NCBI RefSeq assembly: GCF_001194135.2
Contig: NC_068982.1
Span: 149,786,013-149,850,012, forward strand
Direction: 5' to 3'
DNA from: Octopus bimaculoides
Lineage: Eukaryota
Length of the DNA: 64,000 nt
Positions within the stretch are counted from its first letter, which is position 1. Every line of letters starts with the position of its first letter. Below, piece after piece: positions 35,900-48,437 of the stretch. Under the pieces are notes generated by a model. That model was given only the letters and a program-made list of their open reading frames with translations. It ran no database searches and had not been told where the DNA came from. The translations under genes and the position numbers were made by a program.

Positions 35900-37699
35900 C
35901 TGATTTGCGACAAGGTGCTACAGCTATGAAAAAAGATGAGGATGTATTCCAAATGGATTCCAAACGCAAATTATCTGGAATTATTGATACAGCTAGTGGC
36001 TTAAATGATGACATATCTGATAGTCAGTCTGACAGTAGTCATTTTGTGCCTAATATCTCCATGCAAAATACTCCATTTCCAACTGCTCAATCTCAGCTCT
36101 CCAATCAGTCACACACACTCCCTCACAAAGCAATCTCTAGTCTACCCCAGCCTATTATGAGTAATAATCAGAATGCTATCCTTCAGCAAAAAGTTCTGCA
36201 TAAAATGAACCAGCAGCAACAGCAGCAGCAGCAGCAGCAACAACAACAATCATTACAAATGAGCCAAGGCCCTCAAACACAGCCATCGCAACAACAGCAA
36301 CAACATCAACCAGCAACACCTCCTCAAGTGCAATCACATCCTCAACAAGTAATAAACTCTACACAGGGACCGGTAGGTGGTCGTGGAAGTGGTGGTAGTA
36401 TTAGTGTCAGCACTAATAACCCTGGTGCTAGTGGAAATACAGTTACTGCAGGAGGGAGCAACACTAGTGGTGCTGGAAGTAACAACCAACTTCCAACCAC
36501 TAACACTGTGCAACAGCAGTTAGCACAGCACCAAATCTTGCAACAGCTTCGAATGGCCGTCCAGGCAGGGCTTATTAGCCCACAATTGCTAAACCAGCAA
36601 TTGCCTCCTCCAATGCTCCTTCTTTTGCAGCAACTTCTGCAAATGCAATCAGGCTTGCAACAGCTTGTTACAAGGCAGCAGTTCCTACAGCAACAGAACC
36701 GAAATGGTAGTGGTGGGAATGCCAGTCACACTCAAAAGCAAATGGACCAAACAATCAATCGATTTAAGACACAAATGCTGCAGCTACAGCAGCAAATAGC
36801 TCAGGCCCAGCAAAATCTTCCCAAACCTCAAAATATACCTGAACCAATAGAGGCTTTCTCACCCTTGCAGAATGATATGACCAACATATCCATATCCACC
36901 TGCTCTCAGTCCCGTCTTCTCAACCAGTGGAAACGTCCTTCTCCTGATAAAGATGCCAATATTCCCCCTGATCCAATGATGAATAAGGCTGTGGGTTCCA
37001 AACCTCTCCATCACTCTATGTCTTCTTCAAATTTAGGAAGATATGACTTGAGTCTTGGCCTCAGTGATTCAACTTGGTCAAATGCCCCCACAACTTCATC
37101 CCAAAATTGGCCCAATGTATCTCCAATTGGAACAAATAGTCAAGTTGAATCTTCCAAAGACATTTCTCAAGTGAAGGAATCTCAATCTGCTAGCTCTTCA
37201 TCTGCACTCAATTTGAATGATATGATTCCAGAATTTGTCCCTGGTAAGCCCTGGCAAGGAATTACTGGTACTAAAAGTGTGGAAGATGATCCATATATCA
37301 CTCCAGGAAGTTTTTCTCGTTCACTGAGTGTTAATACTATAAAAGATGATTACTTGAATAACTTTTCCTCTAGTATTACCAAAGCCGGTTCAATTGTTAC
37401 TTCAGAATCATGGCCAATGAAAGACTTCCCTAAGACAAGCAATTCATCTCAAACAATTTGTGGTGGAACTCAAAAGAATTGGAGCTCAGCTGATTCTGTT
37501 ACTACTCCCACCAGCTTCACTTCTGAGGTCTGGGGTGTGCCTTTGCAACCCAAATCTAGTGGAAATTCTGCTCGCCCTCCACCAGGCCTTGTTCATAACA
37601 AAACTACATCAGCATCCACATCCAGCTGGAACAGCAGCTCTTTTCCTGGCAGCCGTCAGGTATCTTGGTCTGGAAGATCAACTGAACCATTCCCTTCAG
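35900..37699 (+). CDS. TNRC6: GW182 exon (phase 1-1): Q-rich region, CIM-1, PAM2 and M2 of the silencing domain
   Basis: Acceptor tttacttttag| and donor CAG|gttagt; 1800 nt open. QSRLLNQW (36907-36930) is CIM-1-like, DMIPEFVPGKPWQG (37219-37260) is PAM2, followed by the conserved DDPYITPGS. Confidence 0.95.
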
Positions 37700-38829
37700 G
37701 TTAGTGTCATTAGTCTCTTGAAAACAAAAATAACCTTTACTTTAAATGTTAATTTGAATTATGGTTTTCAAACTGCTTTGAAGAAATATTTGTTTATTCG
37801 GTGTTTTTAAGTATGTTAACAACTAGGTTTTTCTATTTCTACTTGGTTGATGTTTTCGAATATTGTATTAAAATAAGATATTCAGTAATCTATTTGGAGT
37901 TTAAAATAGCTGATAGAACAAATAAGAGCTGTAAAGGTAATGTAGCTGGGAGGTCAAAGTACAAGAGTATCAGCAGAAATTTATGTACTTCAACGATAAA
38001 GATAATTTTGATACTATGACAGGTGTCTTCCAACTGCAGCAACACATGATTCATGATTTCTTCTACATATCCATCCCTTCAATGTCATGGAAGCCCTGCA
38101 ACGGTCATGAGTATTACCCTTCCTGATAAAGCATGAAGTAAATGTTATGTTACATTATGCTTTTGTAAAAGATGTCTAATTGCTAAGTCACCAATCAATT
38201 AATCTGTTGAAAGTGCAGTAGTACCTACTCTGACCAAGACACTTATCTTTCAACAGACAAGTCCATTTCACTGTGAGCAGGAATAGAGGATGGTTTCGCT
38301 CACCTCTGTAATCAATTGTAGCACGAGAAATGTTGAGTATTGTTTTACATATCTTGGTTCAATTCATAAAGAAGTTTTATCAGATATTTATTGAAGGATC
38401 AAATTTCAAGAGTTTTGAAAGAACAAAAAATATTGAGTTATAAATAGGTTATCTTGTAGATAAATTCATCACAAATTTACTAGCCATTTGGAATATTGCT
38501 TCTGTTTGAGTTTTATTAATGGCAGATATGTTATCATTCTCCTAAAAACAATCAGAAACCTATTTGTTCATCAACTTGGTATTTTTTTGTTTTTTCTTTT
38601 CTTTGATATGATAGTCTTTGAATATTTTTCTGCATTTGATTGTTGATGTCTCTATACATGCTGTCAAAATTCTCCAAGACCTTTCAACGAATGGCATAAA
38701 AAGAATCTTCTTTTCAGAACTATTTTTGTCAGTTATACAGCTGTACAAATTTTGAAAGAGGGTGAAATAAGATATAAAAGTATAAAATCAAAAAAAAAGA
38801 ATATATATATATATATATATATTATGGAC

Positions 38830-39090
38830 TCTCCCATTATTAGACAGTAGATAGAGGTTCCACAATATTTTGCTGAGCAAAAACACAGATTTGTTTATGG
38901 TGATCAAATGTTTGTGTCACACATTAGCTCACTCCCTCCCATCAAATCAACTTTGATCAAAATCATCACCGAGCAACATGAAATGAAGTATTTTGCTCAA
39001 GAACACAACACACCACCCAGTCCAGGAATCAAGATCATGATCTCATGATTGCAAGTGCAACACTCTAACCACTAGGCCATGTGCTTTCAC
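38830..39090 (-). mobile_element. tRNA-head, CORE-like SINE
   Basis: TTTTGCTCAAGAACACAAC...CCAGGAATCAAG...CTCTAACCACTAGGCCA is the reverse complement of a tRNA-like head followed by a CORE-like segment. Confidence 0.6.
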
Positions 39091-39299
39091 TAAATATATG
39101 TATACATAAGCAAGTCTGCTCAATGAGGATAAAGTGACATCTTGGTGTGCTTCTTCTTGTTGCAACAACCCATGAATCCTGTTTCTTTCTTCTCACCAGT
39201 CTCAGAGCCTGTACAAGGGTCACAAGCACTCTTCTCTTTCTCCTCTCTGAAAACAGTAAAATAAAACTGTAGAAGTCTCTATATTATATGAACTTAACT

Positions 39300-39600
39300 G
39301 GAGCAGGCATGGCTGTGGTTAAGAAGTTTTTACTCCACTGTGCAGTACCTTAGGCAATGACATGTATATGCATTGGAAAATCCACAGAGTTGTTAAACTG
39401 TTGGATAGAATACCTTATGGTATTTGTTATCCCTCTCTGTTCCTTGAGTTCAAATCATCTTTGTTTTTCATCCTTTCAGGGTAGATTAAAAAAATTGTAC
39501 CAAGTCAAGAGTGGTGGATTAGTAGAATTGTTAGAATGTTAACTGGGATGCCTTGCAACATCTGTGCTGGCTCTGTGCATTCTGAGTTTAATCCCATTCT
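39300..39600 (+). mobile_element. Cluster of truncated SINE fragments
   Basis: GCAGGCATGGCTGTGGTTAAGAAG head, plus GAGTTCAAATC...TTTCATCCTTTCAGGG shared with the 51725 and 53005 copies. Confidence 0.6.
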
Positions 39601-40464
39601 GTCACCAAAAAGTTGACACTGACTTTCAACCAATAGATAGTATCAGCAATTCAAGAAACCAATAATGTTGTTACCTTAGTTTGATCTGAAGGTCAACTGC
39701 CACCACCGTGTGTGTGTCAGTTTGGAATGGCAAGAAATTGGTTCCTCAAATGGAAATACCTAGCAGTAGAGTGATTCATATTGATTCCTTCCTTTATGCT
39801 CAGTTAACTTTTGTCATTGTCATCACCTGATGTTAAGTAAACATATATCCAAATGTTTTAGCTAATTATACTGACCTCAACAGTTAAAGGCACTACTGTA
39901 TACAGTCTGGTGACTAGAGCTAGTTAAAGAATAGACTTTTACCTCATCAAAATCCTTATATAAAAAAACTCAACATTTGGCAGAAATGCTTTGAGTTAAT
40001 ATCTTGGAATGTCATATTAAAAACATTATAAAACAAAAGGTGTGGAATAAAAATTTCCCTGTAAAAATTATTGAGTCCTGCTTTGCATAAATCTTGTTCT
40101 AATAGAATTTATTAAAAAAATTAAGTGCTATTTATGAATGTTAATCCAGTGAGAGGCAAGAGTCTTTTTTTTTAAACCCTTTAGTATTTGAATTATCATA
40201 ATAGTTAATAAAAAAAAAAGGGTTAAATACTTCTGTTTCAGTTGCAAATGGTTAAATAATTTTAATACAGTTCTTGAGAATTATTTCAAAATTAATATGT
40301 ATCCATGTTTATTTTCTTTTTAAACATTGCATTGTAAAATTTGAGAACATTTTTTTCATAAAAGTAGTTTCTTATAGTTTATCAAAAGTTATTGTAGGTA
40401 GGAGACATTTTAAACTTATATTTTAAGATCTCTTTTTACAATTCCTTATAATTGTTCTTTTCAG

Positions 40465-40526
40465 TCAACTCGTCCGCATCATGGGTTGTAAGTAACTGGT
40501 TGGTCCTCAGGAATCTCACTCCCCAG
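40465..40526 (+). CDS. TNRC6: GW182 exon (phase 1-0): start of RRM (SNWLVLRNLTPQ)
   Basis: Acceptor ttgttcttttcag| and donor CAG|gtcagt; WLVLRNLTPQ is the TNRC6 RRM first strand. Confidence 0.93.
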
Positions 40527-41223
40527 GTCAGTTTTTCTTTTATTTCTATACATTTATCAATAAGACTGTCAAAATGAAGTAAAAGTAAAATTTATTTAAA
40601 TAATATGATCCTTACAAAGTATAAATCCTAATTTGATAGTTTATTTTTAGAGTTTGATCTCAAGTATATATTTTTGATAGCATCTGAATGTTTTCATATT
40701 AAGCTATATGCAGATTATTCTCTTAAAGGCAAATGGAGAAAACTTTAATAAAGTTTTGTTGTTTTAACTTCCCTAACCAATTATTTCAGGTTTTGAAAAC
40801 CTGATGAAAAATGAATATTAAATGTATTAGAAAGTTTTATTATATTGCAATCTCTCTAGATCCTTCAATTTCTCTCAATGTTATGTTTGAAGGTAGTCCT
40901 ACAGAAGCTTATAATATTTAACTAGCTATGTTAATGGAACTCCTTCTAGAAATTTACACAAATATGTGCTGTTTGAAATCAGTATAAATTTTTTTTCTAA
41001 TAAAAATATAAAGTAAGATAATCTTGGCAACATTATAAAATATTGAAAATATATATATAACTTCTCTTCCAGTTAGTGAATATTCAGTTATTCATTTGCA
41101 GTGAAATGTTATTTTAACCTGATACAGTTTTGCAAGAGAAAATATTTTCATTTAATTTTTTTTTTATTAAATATTGCAACTATATTAATATTATTTATTT
41201 TTTTCTTTATTTTATTATTCCAG

Positions 41224-41706
41224 ATTGATGGCTCTACTTTAAAAACTCTGTGCCAACAACATGGACCTCTGCAATTTTTCTACCTTAGCCTCAACCATGG
41301 CCAAGCCCTTGTACGTTATTCATCCAAAGATGAAGCAGTGAAGGCTCAAAAGGCTTTGAATACTTGTGTTCTTGGAAACACAACCATATTAGCTGAATTT
41401 GTTTCAGAACGCGAGGCTAACCACTTAGTGGAGCAAAGTTCAACTACTTCAGCAGCACCCCCATCCACTAGTCAATGGTCGCAGTCCTCTCAATCAGATT
41501 ATCGGCCTCCACCCCCACCACAACCTGGTGCACCTCCACACTACAGCAGCCGCAACGAAAATCACTGGAACATGCCTGCTTCTGTTCAATTTGGAGGTTT
41601 TCCAGGGAACACTATGTGGAACAATAGCCTCTGGGGCGGAGTTGCAATGGATGACCATGGTTCTGCTCCTTTACTTGGCAATATTCTGGGGGGAGAATCT
41701 ATGTGA
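41224..41706 (+). CDS. TNRC6: GW182 last coding exon: RRM body and C-terminal LWG (CIM-2-like) tail; stop TGA 41704-41706
   Basis: Acceptor tttttattattccag|. [16 protein letters not shown]...[34 protein letters not shown] is a near match to the TNRC6/Gawky RRM. SLWGG lies at 41626-41640. Confidence 0.96.
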   Translation: MDGSTLKTLCQQHGPLQFFYLSLNHGQALVRYSSKDEAVKAQKALNTCVLGNTTILAEFVSEREANHLVEQSSTTSAAPPSTSQWSQSSQSDYRPPPPPQPGAPPHYSSRNENHWNMPASVQFGGFPGNTMWNNSLWGGVAMDDHGSAPLLGNILGGESM

Positions 41707-42235
41707 TTTTTTTTTTTTCTCCCTACCCTGTGAAAATTTTTATTCTTTTATTTTTCCTCCATCCAACTCACACCACACTATCTTCATTGTACTATATTTG
41801 TCTGTCTTGTCTCTCTATCACTTTGTCTCTGTCTGTGTCTCTCTCTGTGATCTCTAGTTTTTATTTCTTATTTATCTGACTCCTACCCAAATGGCTACAC
41901 GTACATAAACATAACCCCTTGTCCTTTCACTTGTTATTTTAAAAACAAAAATAATGAAACAACTAAATCTCCTCTGTGAAACCAGATCTCGTAGCTTTCA
42001 TGGCAACATATTCATTCATACTTTGTTCGTTTTTGTTTTTCTTTCTATATATTAAAAGAAAAAAAAACATTGTAAAAAAAAAAAGCAAAAAAAAAAAGAT
42101 CTGATAACCATGCAGCATTATAGAGAATGAAATTTAATTTGAAAAGTCATTTAATTATATTATAAATTATGAATCGGGTGCAATCAGCTGTTGTATGAAC
42201 TGTTTTTGAAGCAGAAGAAAAACAAATATACACAC

Positions 42236-42255
42236 ATATATATATATATATATAC

Positions 42256-42305
<50 letters not shown>
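42236..42305. repeat. (TA)n microsatellite; mixed (TA)/(CA)/(TG) tracts also at ~44075-44230, 45400-45650, 47052-47127, 61455-61710, 62109-62156, 62520-62630
   Basis: Direct inspection. Confidence 0.95.
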
Positions 42306-42310
<5 letters not shown>

Positions 42311-43879
42311 ACTTTCCCACCACCCCATTCCCCAAAAAAGTGACAGTTAAAGTTGACCAGAAATAGTCAAATTTTGTCATGTGATAATCTTTTGAAGTTA
42401 TGCCTAGTTTTATTGTCCAATGCAATGGAGATATAACTAGTTCCTACAGCAGCAACAGCAGCTAGGAACTGCTGGCAGCAGAAAGCGGTGCTTGTTCAAA
42501 GCCGTATATAGACACAAATCCTATTGAGTGAAGAAATTACAAGATTAGAAAGAATGAGTGAGAATGAGAGAAATGATGTAGAGCTTATGCTTACTCTGAT
42601 GGTGTTGATTCTTACCTTCATGCATATGTAATAAAACCAAGGTGGGTAAAAATAAAAACTTTAAAAAAAAAAAATTAGAAGAAAAATATAGAAAACAGCA
42701 ACTATGTATGACTGAAAGATCTAGGAACTCTGTGTAATTGAAAGAATAAGGAAAGCATGTATGATTGAAAGAAGGAGGTATGTATGATTGAAAGAACAAG
42801 TATTGCTTCTTCAAAACAAACAAAAAAAAAAAAAGAGAGAAAACTAATTAATAATCTTGATATACAAAGTATATGGCCAATTTTTAATTTTTATGTTCTT
42901 GTGAAAAATATTTTTAGACTATATTGCCATCATAGATATTTTTTTCTTTTCGTCGTAATCTATTTTTTTTTCCACTCTTTTAAAATGTTACCAAAGGGTA
43001 AAAAAAAATTTTAACAGTAATTTTAATTGAGTTGAAACTTGATCAACAATTTACATTTTTTTTTTTAAGCACATACTAAATAAACAGTAAATATCTTTGA
43101 AGAATTTCCAAATATCAAACAATTCCAAATTATTGTTACATTTAAAACCAACAGACTAGAAGCTAGTTGTTTTGGTTTAGAATGTTTGCAATGACAGTCT
43201 TTAGAGTGGTGATACAGAAAATAGCTGATAATGAGAAAATGTTTTTCTTATTTTTTACTTTATTTTTTATTTATTTATTATCATTATTATTATTATTTAT
43301 TGTTTTTTTTTTTTGTTTCCTTCTGAAATTTGACTACAATCTAAAAATATTTTGTCTGTGCCAAAATAATGTACGATTGGTTTGTGTTCTGTCACAAAGC
43401 ATAACCATTTTTTCATACTACAAATGAGTTAATTTAGAGAGCAAAAAGATTTTTTGTAATTAAAATTAAGATAAATAAACATTTTTTTTTTCTGTAATTT
43501 TTAAATATATTTTTGTAAAAAATCACTGCTTAGAGCTTCTAATTGTAAGTTGTTGTGAGTTAACATCATGGTTCATTAAGTATTGTATATTTTCTAAGAA
43601 AGAAAACAAACACAAATCTAAAATCATGCACAATATAAGACTACTTGCATTAAAAAAAATCCTATTATAAAAAAAAAAACAAAAAAAAAATCTCATCAAA
43701 CTAAATTTGCTGACCTAGCTATTGCTAATAGCTGCATTTGTTCCACTTGAGGAGAATTCCAGAGAATGTAACATTTAAATTCAACTGTTTGAAATATGCA
43801 TCGAATGTGGGTGCAAAATCTTTGGTAGGGTACAAGAAAATTTCATAAATAATTAACCAGATCTCTGCATTTTTTAAAA

Positions 43880-43886
43880 ATTATTA

Positions 43887-43921
<35 letters not shown>
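43880..43921. repeat. (ATT)n microsatellite
   Basis: Near-perfect trinucleotide run. Confidence 0.93.
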
Positions 43922-44189
43922 TCTAATTATCAATCTGCCTCTTTTCAGCTGCTAAATTATAGAACTGAACAAGTTGCTTAATCCAAAACTTTCTAAAAGC
44001 AAACATGAGGATTGTTTACAGATTTTAAAAAAAGCTGAAAATGCTGTTAGTATTTTCTGAGGTAAGCTCTTCCATGATATATGTATATGTATGTGTTCGT
44101 GTGTATGTATATGTATGCATATGTGTGTATGTATATGTACATACACACCTGCACACACACAAATACATTTTGTGTCTGTGAGTGTATAT

Positions 44190-44222
<33 letters not shown>

Positions 44223-45414
44223 CATACATATTATTCTGTACATTCTCCTCTGTGAATTTGCCAGTATTGATCAAATTTTTTTTTTTTTACTTTTTAAACC
44301 AATGTTTAAAAATTATCAAATGTGGTGTCTTTCTGTAGGGAGAGGGGGTTGGTAATGCTATTCACATTGCCATTCATAATTTCTATAAACCACCTAAACT
44401 CTGTTCTTATCTTCATTTGTCATTCTTATTTTTCTTACAACGATTATTTTAGTGAATCTACATGTTCTCTTATTCCTTTTCTTAATTTAAGTGTATGTTA
44501 GTTTGTATTAATAACAAGAAGTTATTATGTGAGAGTTAAATCATTTATTCATTTTGCAACAATGTGATGAAATATTCCTTTTAACTGTAAATGACTAAAG
44601 GCACAGGAATAAAACCAAACAAATTAAAGAAACAAAGCATGAGAGTTAAGCACATATAAATTGTATTAACTTTGACAAATTATTTGCATTTCATAATTAC
44701 ATAGACAGGGATTCCTCCCCTTAAAAAGATAACAAGTAAAAAAAATTTTTAAAAAAAACACTTTCATTTCAATTTACTTTTCAGCAATTTTAAAAATTAA
44801 AATTAATAATTTTGGGGTTGTTTAATTTTTGGCTTCAAAATATATTAAATATATTGAGTTTAAAAACAAAAATACAAGATGGAAGTAAAACTAAAATTGA
44901 TATATAAATATTTATTTTTTTCATTTGATTTTTTATTTGAACATTTAAATTTTTAAATTGCTTTTCTTTTTTAATAATGGTGTGAAATTTGTTGCTAGCC
45001 TTCATTTTGTGATATTTTCTTTAATTTAAAAAGAAGGAAAAAGTTAAAACAACCTCCACCTTCCCTAAAATTAATAATAAACAAAAAGGCAGTCTTGACT
45101 TCTAAATAATTCAAGCTAACAGTTTTGATCAGTTATAAGATAAAAAAAGGAAGGAGTTTAAGAAAAACCAAAAGCATTGAAATACATTCTAGTAATAACA
45201 AACTGGAGAAAAAGTACTCAATACCAGAAGTAGAGTGTCAGTTTAATTTGATCAGCTGGAACAAGAAGTTTCAAGAAACATTATAGCTTGTTTCATCAGT
45301 CAGTCATTTTGAATCAAATTGGTTGGTTGATGAAACAAGCCACAGTGCTTATGGAAACTTCTGCTTTCAACTTTTTTGGTTTCAGTTGATTGAATACATA
45401 CATATGTATGTATA

Positions 45415-45469
<55 letters not shown>

Positions 45470-45506
45470 TCACATGTATGTATGTGCAGTGTATATATAT
45501 ATATAT

Positions 45507-45604
45507 AACCTGGTGTTGCCATCCGGTTTCACCAGTCCTCAGTCAAATCGTCCAACCCATGCTAGCATGGAAAGCAGACGTTAAACGATGATGATGATGA
45601 TGAT
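45507..45604 (+). mobile_element. 5'-truncated SINE tail ending in (GAT)n, embedded between (TA)n tracts
   Basis: CCAACCCATGCTAGCATGGAAAGCAGACGTTAAACGATGATGATG; reverse complement of 31282-31360. Confidence 0.85.
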
Positions 45605-45614
45605 ATAGATATAT

Positions 45615-45652
<38 letters not shown>

Positions 45653-47055
45653 GAGAATATACAAAAAATAACAACAGACGAGGACAGGTGGTGTAAATAA
45701 CAAAAGTATATATTATATATATATATATGCACACATCCATACTTATAAGTGGCATTTCATGATTTCAATTTTGATTTCTAACTAACTTTTTGGCCTTGTG
45801 TAACATTTGAAGATACATTATCAGAGTAAGCTAATTATGCTGCTGCCTTGACTTGAGTCTATTGGACTATTTTATACTTACACAAAAGATGATTGAACAA
45901 ATCCATAAGTCATAGATATGTGTGAATATTTGTATGCATAAGATATATGTACACATATAAATATGTATATACATGTGTGTGTATATGTATGTATAGCATA
46001 TATACATGCATCTTAGTACTTTTAAATTCTTAAAGAAAAAGAAATTAGGGACAAATGGTCATTCTCCTCCTTCATCATCAAAATATTTTAAATCAATTAA
46101 TTTCATTCATTGTTAGTCATTGAAAAACTTCATCTTAAAATAGATTTGTAATTTAAAAGTGAGTAATTTTGATTATATAACTTATAACAATTTAAACAAT
46201 GAACCAAGTAGCTGTAGAAAGGAAAACATTGCAAATTGATTGATTTTTAAATTACTGTATTTTAAAAGAAAAAAAATCTTTTTTTTTTCTTTTCTTTTAG
46301 AAGTAAAAAGAAAAAATTAAATATATTTAAACCATATTATTATTGTTATCATACTAGCTATAATGATAATAGTAATAATTATTATTATTATTAAAATAAT
46401 GACTATATCATCATCTTTATGATTAACAAAAGCAAATTTTAAATGAAAAACCTATTTGAAACCAACTAAACAACGCAGTACCCTTTTCTGCTACGAAATG
46501 GCTTGTGGCAGCTTGATGAAAACAATACACAAAACACTCATAAAAACATAAATAACACTGCTGAGTCTGTTGAAATATTCCTCTCTCTCTTTACCATTTT
46601 TCCCCCCCTTTGCAGTCATTACTTTCTCTCTTTCTCTTCTCTCTCCCTCTATATCTCTTTTTATACGACAATCAATGTGAAAAGGCCTTGTTAACTTGCC
46701 AGTCGGGCTGTGTGTTGTATGTCGTATCTTTCCCAATAACAACCTATTATAATTAATAAAAAAGAAAAAGTATGTCATTTCTATATGTGTTTGTGAAATA
46801 TAATCTACATGTATGTGTGTTGCAAAATGTCAGTGTGTCTGTCTGTGTACCCCAAATATACTGAATAGACCTTGCACCTGCTTAATTATGACTTGCTGTT
46901 AGAGAGGCAGATTTATCACCACAATATTAATAATAATTACTGCCACAGCTACTGCTAAAACTCAAAGCTGCCTCTTGTGGCTTGTTTTGTACAAACCTAT
47001 TTAGATATTTTTATGTCTTGTCTCTGTCATTGACATGAGCACTTCTTTGTATATA

Positions 47056-47127
<72 letters not shown>

Positions 47128-48399
47128 NNNNNNNNNNNNNNNNNNNNNNNNNNNNNNNNNNNNNNNNNNNNNNNNNNNNNNNNNNNNNNNNNNNNNNNNN
47201 NNNNNNNNNNNNNNNNNNNNNNNNNNNNNNNNNNNNNNNNNNNNNNNNNNNNNNNNNNTTTTTTTTTTTTTTTTTTTTGTTTTTGTTTTTTTCTGGGTTG
47301 TGGATCAAATAATAAGGTATTTTGTGTAGCCATAGGAACTTGTGTATATTAACTTGACACATTCCAGTATTAGAAATGGCAGCTTTTCCTCAGGTCATAT
47401 AGCACTTTCGTAGCAGTTGTAATAGATTGTTACAGTTTGGTGATTTTCATCCCTTCCTTTTTCTGTTTTTATGTGTATATAATTTTTAGATGTGGTAATC
47501 TTCTGAATAAGTTTTTCTTTTCTGGCTAAATAGAAGATATGAAAATTTTTGTAAAGGCAGAATACAAGCTTTAAAATGTCAACTGTTAAACCTAAATATT
47601 AAACAATCGTATTTACACCTCCATCCATCTTTTTCATCTCATATATATGTATATATGTATGTGTGTGTAAATATATATATCTGTGTATACATAGTATGTA
47701 TATATGGTTTATCCCTTCCAGGAGTTTTTAATAGTGGTGGGCATTTAAAAACAAGTACATCCACCATCTGCTTCTGACAGCTAAACTATAGCTTGTACAA
47801 GTACCATATGAACAAGAGAAGATTCTCATCTCATCGTATTAGTAGCTATTCTGTTTTTCTCTCAAGGAATTAATCCATTCTAAGTACTAAAACACTTAGA
47901 TTTGTCATTAGTTAATACTATTCTCCTATCAATATTCATTTACTTTTTAATACTAGTGTATATGCTTTTGAAAATTCTGTATCTCATTTCTGACTGTTTT
48001 CTGGAATTAGAACATTTTGTTTTTTAAAGTTTGTAATTTTTTTTTTAATTATTGTGGTCATTTTTATATTCCTTGCATTAGTTTGTAATTTTCAATTTAT
48101 TTTAACTTAGTACATACACCGTCAGTGGTGCAGCCAGTGATCCTCAAACACTAATACACGTGTACTAATATTGCTATTGTGGTATATGTTTTGTTTTCTC
48201 TTTTATGTGTTCTTACATCTTTTTATTGTTATAAATGGAAAAACAATTGAGATCTTCCCAGTGAAGTAAAATTTCACCATTATTTAAAAAAAAAACAAAA
48301 AAAAAACACTAAAAAAAAGTACATTGTAAAATACATTTCATTCGGTGATTACTATCTTGGAAAGGAAAGCAAATTTCCTTTTCAGAATTTCTGCTCAGA

Positions 48400-48437
<38 letters not shown>

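Larger units (their letters stand above)
41707..44613 (+). promoter_or_regulatory. Proximal 3'UTR of GW182 with candidate AATAAA signals (42630, 42651, 43079, 44608); true end unknown
   Basis: Follows the stop codon and is A/U-rich. The hexamers are seen directly but are common in this base composition. Confidence 0.45.

Noticed and set aside
37660-37665. CAG|GTATCT donor-like site near the end of the silencing-domain exon
   Set aside because: Phase 0, whereas the next exon needs phase 1; it would frameshift.
41101-41223. N-terminal hydrophobic part of the 201-aa ORF (apparent transmembrane segment)
   Set aside because: It is the T-rich acceptor tract of the last intron; the exon starts at 41224.
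30008-42795. CRISPR-like reading of the spaced repeats at 30.0-30.6 kb and 42.7 kb
   Set aside because: Eukaryotic context, degenerate non-palindromic units, irregular short spacers and no cas genes.
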